DNA of 62,267 nt, the filler included. It is 5 parts of 5 records of this genome, joined end to end, with 100 filler letters (N's around TTAATTAATTAA, not from the genome) between each part and the next. Parts side by side here need not be neighbours in the genome. Positions count along the whole stretch, not along the records: positions 46,383 to 62,267 come from SRR31156797_810; 4 more parts are not named here. One strand, written 5' to 3'. Under the pieces are notes generated by a model. It was not told the origin of the DNA and did no database searches. It saw only the letters and a list, made by a program, of their open reading frames with translations. Both the position numbers and the translations under genes were made by a program. Position 1 is the stretch's first letter; each line of letters opens with the position of its first letter. Shown here one piece after another: positions 58,165 through 62,267 of the stretch.

Positions 58165-61164
58165 ATGCACGATTTCCGTCACCTATCCAACCATCTTCCT
58201 TGCGCCGGCGATCCGGATCAACTGCAATTGGGCTTGGAGATATGGCGGGACGCGTTCGAAAACCACCCCGATTCCGATGTCAGGTCCTTCGGCGCCGCCT
58301 TTGAAAAATCCCCCGAAGGAAGCCGGTTTCTTGCCGCCGTCTGCGGCAACAGCCCTTTCCTGACCCGCTGCCTGACCCAGGATCCGGAATTCGCCATGGC
58401 GCTTCTGACCCGGGGCTGGGACGAGGTTTTCGCGGAAATCCTCGAAGCCGCCGCGGCCCTTCGGCTGGCGCCCGGAAAAACCGACGACATCAAACGCCAA
58501 CTCCGGATCCTGAAGCGCCGCATGGCGCTGACCGTCGGCGCCGCCGATATCGCCCTGGCCTGGCCGGTCGAAAAGGTGACCCGCGCGCTTTCGGATTTTG
58601 CCGACGCCGCGATCGAGGTGGCGGCGACTCGGCTACTTCTGGACACCGCCGAAACCGGCGCCTTCGAACTTGCCCATCCTGACGACCCGACCCGCGCATC
58701 GGGCCTCGTCATCCTCGGCATGGGAAAGCTGGGGGCGCGGGAGCTGAACTATTCCAGCGACGTCGATTTGATCGTGCTGTTCGACGCCGAAAAAATCCGC
58801 ACCCGCGATCCCGACCGGCTGCTCAATGTCTTCGTCCGCCTGACCCGCAACCTGGTCCGCTTCCTCGACGAACGAACCGCCGACGGCTACGTCTTTCGCA
58901 CCGACCTTCGGCTGCGGCCCGATCCGGCCTCGACGCCGCCGGCCCTATCGGTGATGGCGGCGGAAATCTACTACGAAAGTCTGGGTCAGAACTGGGAACG
59001 CGCCGCCATGATCAAGGCGCGCCCGGTCGCCGGCGACATCGCCGCCGGGACCGCTTTCCTCGACCACCTGCGTCCCTATATCTGGCGCAAATACCTGGAT
59101 TTCGCCGCCATCCAGGACATCCACTCGATCAAGCGCCAGATCGACGCCCATCGCGGCGGCAGCCGCATCGCGGTCGCCGGCCACAATGTCAAACTGGGCC
59201 GCGGCGGCATCCGCGAGGTCGAATTCTTCGCCCAGACCCAGCAACTGATCTGGGGCGGCCGCCTGCCGGAACTGCAGATATCCGGCACCCTGGAAACGGT
59301 ACGGGTGCTGGCCGATCTCGGCCATGTCGAAGAACAAACCGCGATTGAGCTGACCGACAGCTATCGATTCCTCCGGCGGGTCGAACACCACATCCAGATG
59401 ATCAACGACGAACAGACCCATTCGGTGCCGAGCGAACCCGAAGCACTTCATCGCCTGTCGGTATTCCTCGGTTTCGACGGCACGCCGGCTTTTTCGGCGG
59501 CCCTGGAAGGACACCTGAAACGGGTCGAGAACCACTACGCGCGGCTGTTCGAGGACGCCCCCGATCTAAGCGCCGAGGGCACCACCGCGCGCAATCTGGT
59601 GTTTACCGGCAGCGATCCCGACCCGGAAACCATCCATACCCTTTCCGAATTCGGGTTTCGCGATCCCGAGGCCGTCGATTCGGCCGTGCGCGGCTGGCAC
59701 CACGGCCGCTACCGGGCGATGAAAAGCGCCCGCGCCCGCGAACTGCTGACCGAATTGATGCCGCTTTTGCTGGCCGAACTGGCCAAGAACCCCGATCCAG
59801 ACGCCACCTTCCGAAACTTCGACGCCTTCCTTTCGAGCCTGCCGGCAGGCGTGCAGCTGTTTTCCATGTTCTATGCCAATCCGCAATTGCTGGAACTGGT
59901 CGCCGGCATCATGGGCGGGGCACCGCGCCTGGCGCATCACTTGAGCCGCAGGCCGACGGTTCTGGAGGGCGTGCTGACCGGCGACTTTTTCGATGCGCCG
60001 CCGCCGGCGGACGTCCTGCTGGCCGAATTGAACCGGCGGTTCGAACGCATCGGCGCCCTCGAAGAGGCGCTCGATATCTCGCGCCGCTGGGCCCACGACC
60101 GGCAATTCCAGGTCGGTGTCCAGCTTTTGCGCGGTTTTCTGGAACCGCGTGCCGCCGCGCGCGCTTTCAGCAACATCGCCGATACGGCCCTTCGCGGCCT
60201 GTTCCCCGTCGTCGAAGCGGAATTCGCGAAAAAACACGGCCGGTTTGCCGATTCGGGCATGCTGTGCATGGCCTTGGGCAAACTGGGTGGCCGCGAAATG
60301 ACCGCGACATCGGATCTCGATCTGATTTTCGTCTACGATGTCGGCCCCGAAAACGAAGCCTCAGACGGCCCGCGGCCACTTCCGGCCAGCCAGTATTTCG
60401 CCCGGCTGAGCCAGCGCCTGATCAACGCGATGACGGCGCAGACGGCGGAAGGAACCTTGTTCGAGGTCGACATGCGCCTGCGCCCGTCCGGCGCCAAGGG
60501 CCCGATCGCCTCCAGCCTCGAAGCCTTCGTGCTTTATCACGAAAAGGCGGCGTGGACCTGGGAACACATGGCCCTGTCCCGCGCCCGCGTCGTTTTCGGC
60601 CCCGAGCGCCTGACCGAACGCGCGCTCAAGGTCATAACCGAGACGCTGACCAAGCGGCTCGACCCGGATGCCCTGCTCAAGGACGTCGCCTCCATGCGGG
60701 CCCGCATGGACGCCGAACACCACAGCGATTTCATCTGGGAAGCCAAGCATCACCGCGGCGGCCTGGTCGACATCGACTTCATCGCCCAGTACCTGCAACT
60801 GAAACATGCCGAAGCCTGCCCGCGGGTGCTGTCGCCGAACACGCGAAAGGCGCTGCTGGCGCTCCGCGACAACGGCCTTCTCGATCCCGGCGTCGCCGAC
60901 GAACTGGTCGCGGCGCTCGATCTCTGGCAGGCGGTGCAAGGCCTGTTGCGCCTGACCATCGACGGCGTGTTCACGCCCAGCCGGGAAAACGAAATCACCG
61001 AAGCCATCGCCAACCGGCTGGCCGAAATCGGCGGTGCCGAGGACATCGCGGCACTTCGTGACAAGCTGGAAAACACGGCCCGTCGGGTCCACGATATCTT
61101 CCAAGACCTTGTCGAAACGCCGGCCGAGGCTATATCCGATGATGTTGGCAGCGACGAAAGCTGA
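58165..61164 (+). CDS. glnE: Glutamine synthetase adenylyltransferase/adenylyl-removing enzyme
   Basis: Two NT domains: MGKLGARELNYSSDVDL/DLRLRP and LGKLGGREM..SDLD/DMRLRPSG. Confidence 0.95.
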   Translation: MHDFRHLSNHLPCAGDPDQLQLGLEIWRDAFENHPDSDVRSFGAAFEKSPEGSRFLAAVCGNSPFLTRCLTQDPEFAMALLTRGWDEVFAEILEAAAALRLAPGKTDDIKRQLRILKRRMALTVGAADIALAWPVEKVTRALSDFADAAIEVAATRLLLDTAETGAFELAHPDDPTRASGLVILGMGKLGARELNYSSDVDLIVLFDAEKIRTRDPDRLLNVFVRLTRNLVRFLDERTADGYVFRTDLRLRPDPASTPPALSVMAAEIYYESLGQNWERAAMIKARPVAGDIAAGTAFLDHLRPYIWRKYLDFAAIQDIHSIKRQIDAHRGGSRIAVAGHNVKLGRGGIREVEFFAQTQQLIWGGRLPELQISGTLETVRVLADLGHVEEQTAIELTDSYRFLRRVEHHIQMINDEQTHSVPSEPEALHRLSVFLGFDGTPAFSAALEGHLKRVENHYARLFEDAPDLSAEGTTARNLVFTGSDPDPETIHTLSEFGFRDPEAVDSAVRGWHHGRYRAMKSARARELLTELMPLLLAELAKNPDPDATFRNFDAFLSSLPAGVQLFSMFYANPQLLELVAGIMGGAPRLAHHLSRRPTVLEGVLTGDFFDAPPPADVLLAELNRRFERIGALEEALDISRRWAHDRQFQVGVQLLRGFLEPRAAARAFSNIADTALRGLFPVVEAEFAKKHGRFADSGMLCMALGKLGGREMTATSDLDLIFVYDVGPENEASDGPRPLPASQYFARLSQRLINAMTAQTAEGTLFEVDMRLRPSGAKGPIASSLEAFVLYHEKAAWTWEHMALSRARVVFGPERLTERALKVITETLTKRLDPDALLKDVASMRARMDAEHHSDFIWEAKHHRGGLVDIDFIAQYLQLKHAEACPRVLSPNTRKALLALRDNGLLDPGVADELVAALDLWQAVQGLLRLTIDGVFTPSRENEITEAIANRLAEIGGAEDIAALRDKLENTARRVHDIFQDLVETPAEAISDDVGSDES

Positions 61165-61220
61165 TCCCGCCGTTCCCAACGGAACATTTCGACAAAACAC
61201 GCAAATCAAAGAGGCAGATC

Positions 61221-61682
61221 ATGGTTTTGAAGGTTGGCGACCCGGCCCCCGCATTCTCCCTGCCCACCGACAGCGGCGGCACCCTGTCGTTGGCCGATCT
61301 CAAGGGCCGCAAGGTGGTTCTCTACTTCTATCCCAAGGACGACACCCCGGGCTGCACCAAGGAAGCCTGCGCCTTTCGTGACGCCATGCCCGATTTCGGG
61401 GCCGTCGACGCGGTCGTCGTCGGCGTTTCCAAGGACGGCCCGGCCAAGCACGACAAGTTCAAGGCCAAGCACGACCTGCCCTTTACCCTGGTCAGCGACG
61501 AAGACGGGACGCTTTGCGAAGCCTACGGCGTCTGGGTCGAAAAAAGCATGTACGGCCGCAAGTACATGGGCATCGAACGGGCCACCTATCTGATCGACGG
61601 GTCCGGGAAAATCGCCGGGATCTGGCGCAAGGTGAAGGTGCCGGGCCACGCCGAGGCGGTCCTGAAGGCGGCGTCGGCTTAG
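61221..61682 (+). CDS. bcp: Thioredoxin-dependent peroxiredoxin Bcp
   Basis: YFYPKDDTPGCTKEAC. Confidence 0.95.
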   Translation: MVLKVGDPAPAFSLPTDSGGTLSLADLKGRKVVLYFYPKDDTPGCTKEACAFRDAMPDFGAVDAVVVGVSKDGPAKHDKFKAKHDLPFTLVSDEDGTLCEAYGVWVEKSMYGRKYMGIERATYLIDGSGKIAGIWRKVKVPGHAEAVLKAASA

Positions 61683-62017
61683 GCAAGCCACCCAATATCC
61701 TTTGTCATCTCGGACGTTAGGCGAGCCCGATGCACGGCGTTGACGCGTATGTGTCAAATCCCGCATCGGTGCGTGAGCCTTACGATCCGTGATCCAGGAT
61801 GTCGCTTCGGAAGGTTGGGCCTGGATGCCGGATCGCTGACTTTCCTTCCCAAATCAAAGATTTGCAGGAAAGCCGCGTCCGGCATGACGGTTTTATATTA
61901 GGTACACGACGACGGCCCGATAGCCCGTCCATCGCCTCTCTCCCGTGTGGCCGGAAGGCCCGCTGCGTGGTAGATTCCCCGTCGACGGATGGCAGGTCAT
62001 CGGCGGGATGTTCCGGC

Positions 62018-62267
62018 ATGGCAATAAGGCGTCTATCCCCAAGAAGTTTTGCACTCGCGGCCCTTCTGGTCGCCGCCGTACTGCCGGCCACCCGTTCGCA
62101 CGCCGATGACGCCCGCCAGGACGACCGCCTGGCCATGGTCACCCAGATCATGCGCGTTGCCGCATCCGCCGGGCCCATCGACGGGCGGGCGGCGATCGCG
62201 CCGAAGGTGCTGGGCGTCATGACCGACATCCCGCGCCATGAATTCGTCCCGGACAAATTGCGGCGGC
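62018..62267 (+). CDS. pcm: Protein-L-isoaspartate O-methyltransferase with N-terminal signal peptide (3'-truncated)
   Basis: Manual translation MAIRRLSPRSFALAALLVAAVLPATRSHA-DD..R.AMV..I...VLGVMTDIPRHEFVP contains the PCM PRHxFVP motif. Not in the ORF track. Confidence 0.75.
   Translation, partial: MAIRRLSPRSFALAALLVAAVLPATRSHADDARQDDRLAMVTQIMRVAASAGPIDGRAAIAPKVLGVMTDIPRHEFVPDKLRR

Overview
This window is not one locus. It is five contigs joined by artificial 100-nt spacers (N44-TTAATTAATTAA-N44 at 11923-12022, 24210-24309, 40817-40916 and 46283-46382), apparently from at least two lineages. Contig 1 (1-11922, Desulfobacterota-like) carries lon, a PHP protein, an Fe-S flavoprotein, an MBL hydrolase, a pair of Hanks-type kinases (FHA-kinase and TPR-kinase-TPR-WD40-TM) and two gate-domain membrane proteins. 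Contig 2 (12023-24209, high-GC Alphaproteobacteria-like) carries gltIJKL, tRNA-Leu(TAA), NIPSNAP and an IclR/TctCBA/two-sulfatase/anSME cluster. Contig 3 (24310-40816, Desulfobacterota-like) is the highlight. It is bounded by a 3'-half tRNA-Phe attachment-site remnant. It encodes a FIST-GAF histidine kinase with an ANTAR response regulator, a corrinoid methyltransferase module (corrinoid protein, URO-D-fold MT, RACE/ASKHA activator), a CalA-like SDR and two HAAT-family ABC importers. Its intergenic DNA contains four ANTAR-type hexaloop-hairpin/terminator attenuators, two of them in tandem in one leader. The inferred function is RNA-antitermination-controlled anaerobic uptake and demethylation, possibly of methoxylated (lignin-derived) aromatics, on a genomic island. 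Contig 4 (40917-46282, alpha-like) carries a porin 5' end, an Hpt/pseudo-receiver protein, a membrane protein, a rhodanese, a CMD protein and a GH1 fragment. Contig 5 (46383-62267, Rhodospirillales-like) carries a GATase fragment, rquA, a reduced cysE-iscR-iscS-iscS-fdx operon, an alpha/beta hydrolase, a probable anmK relic with a small orphan gene, tyrS, a YhdP/AsmA-like protein, glnE, bcp and a signal-peptide-bearing pcm. All calls come from reading motifs by eye; no database search was run.
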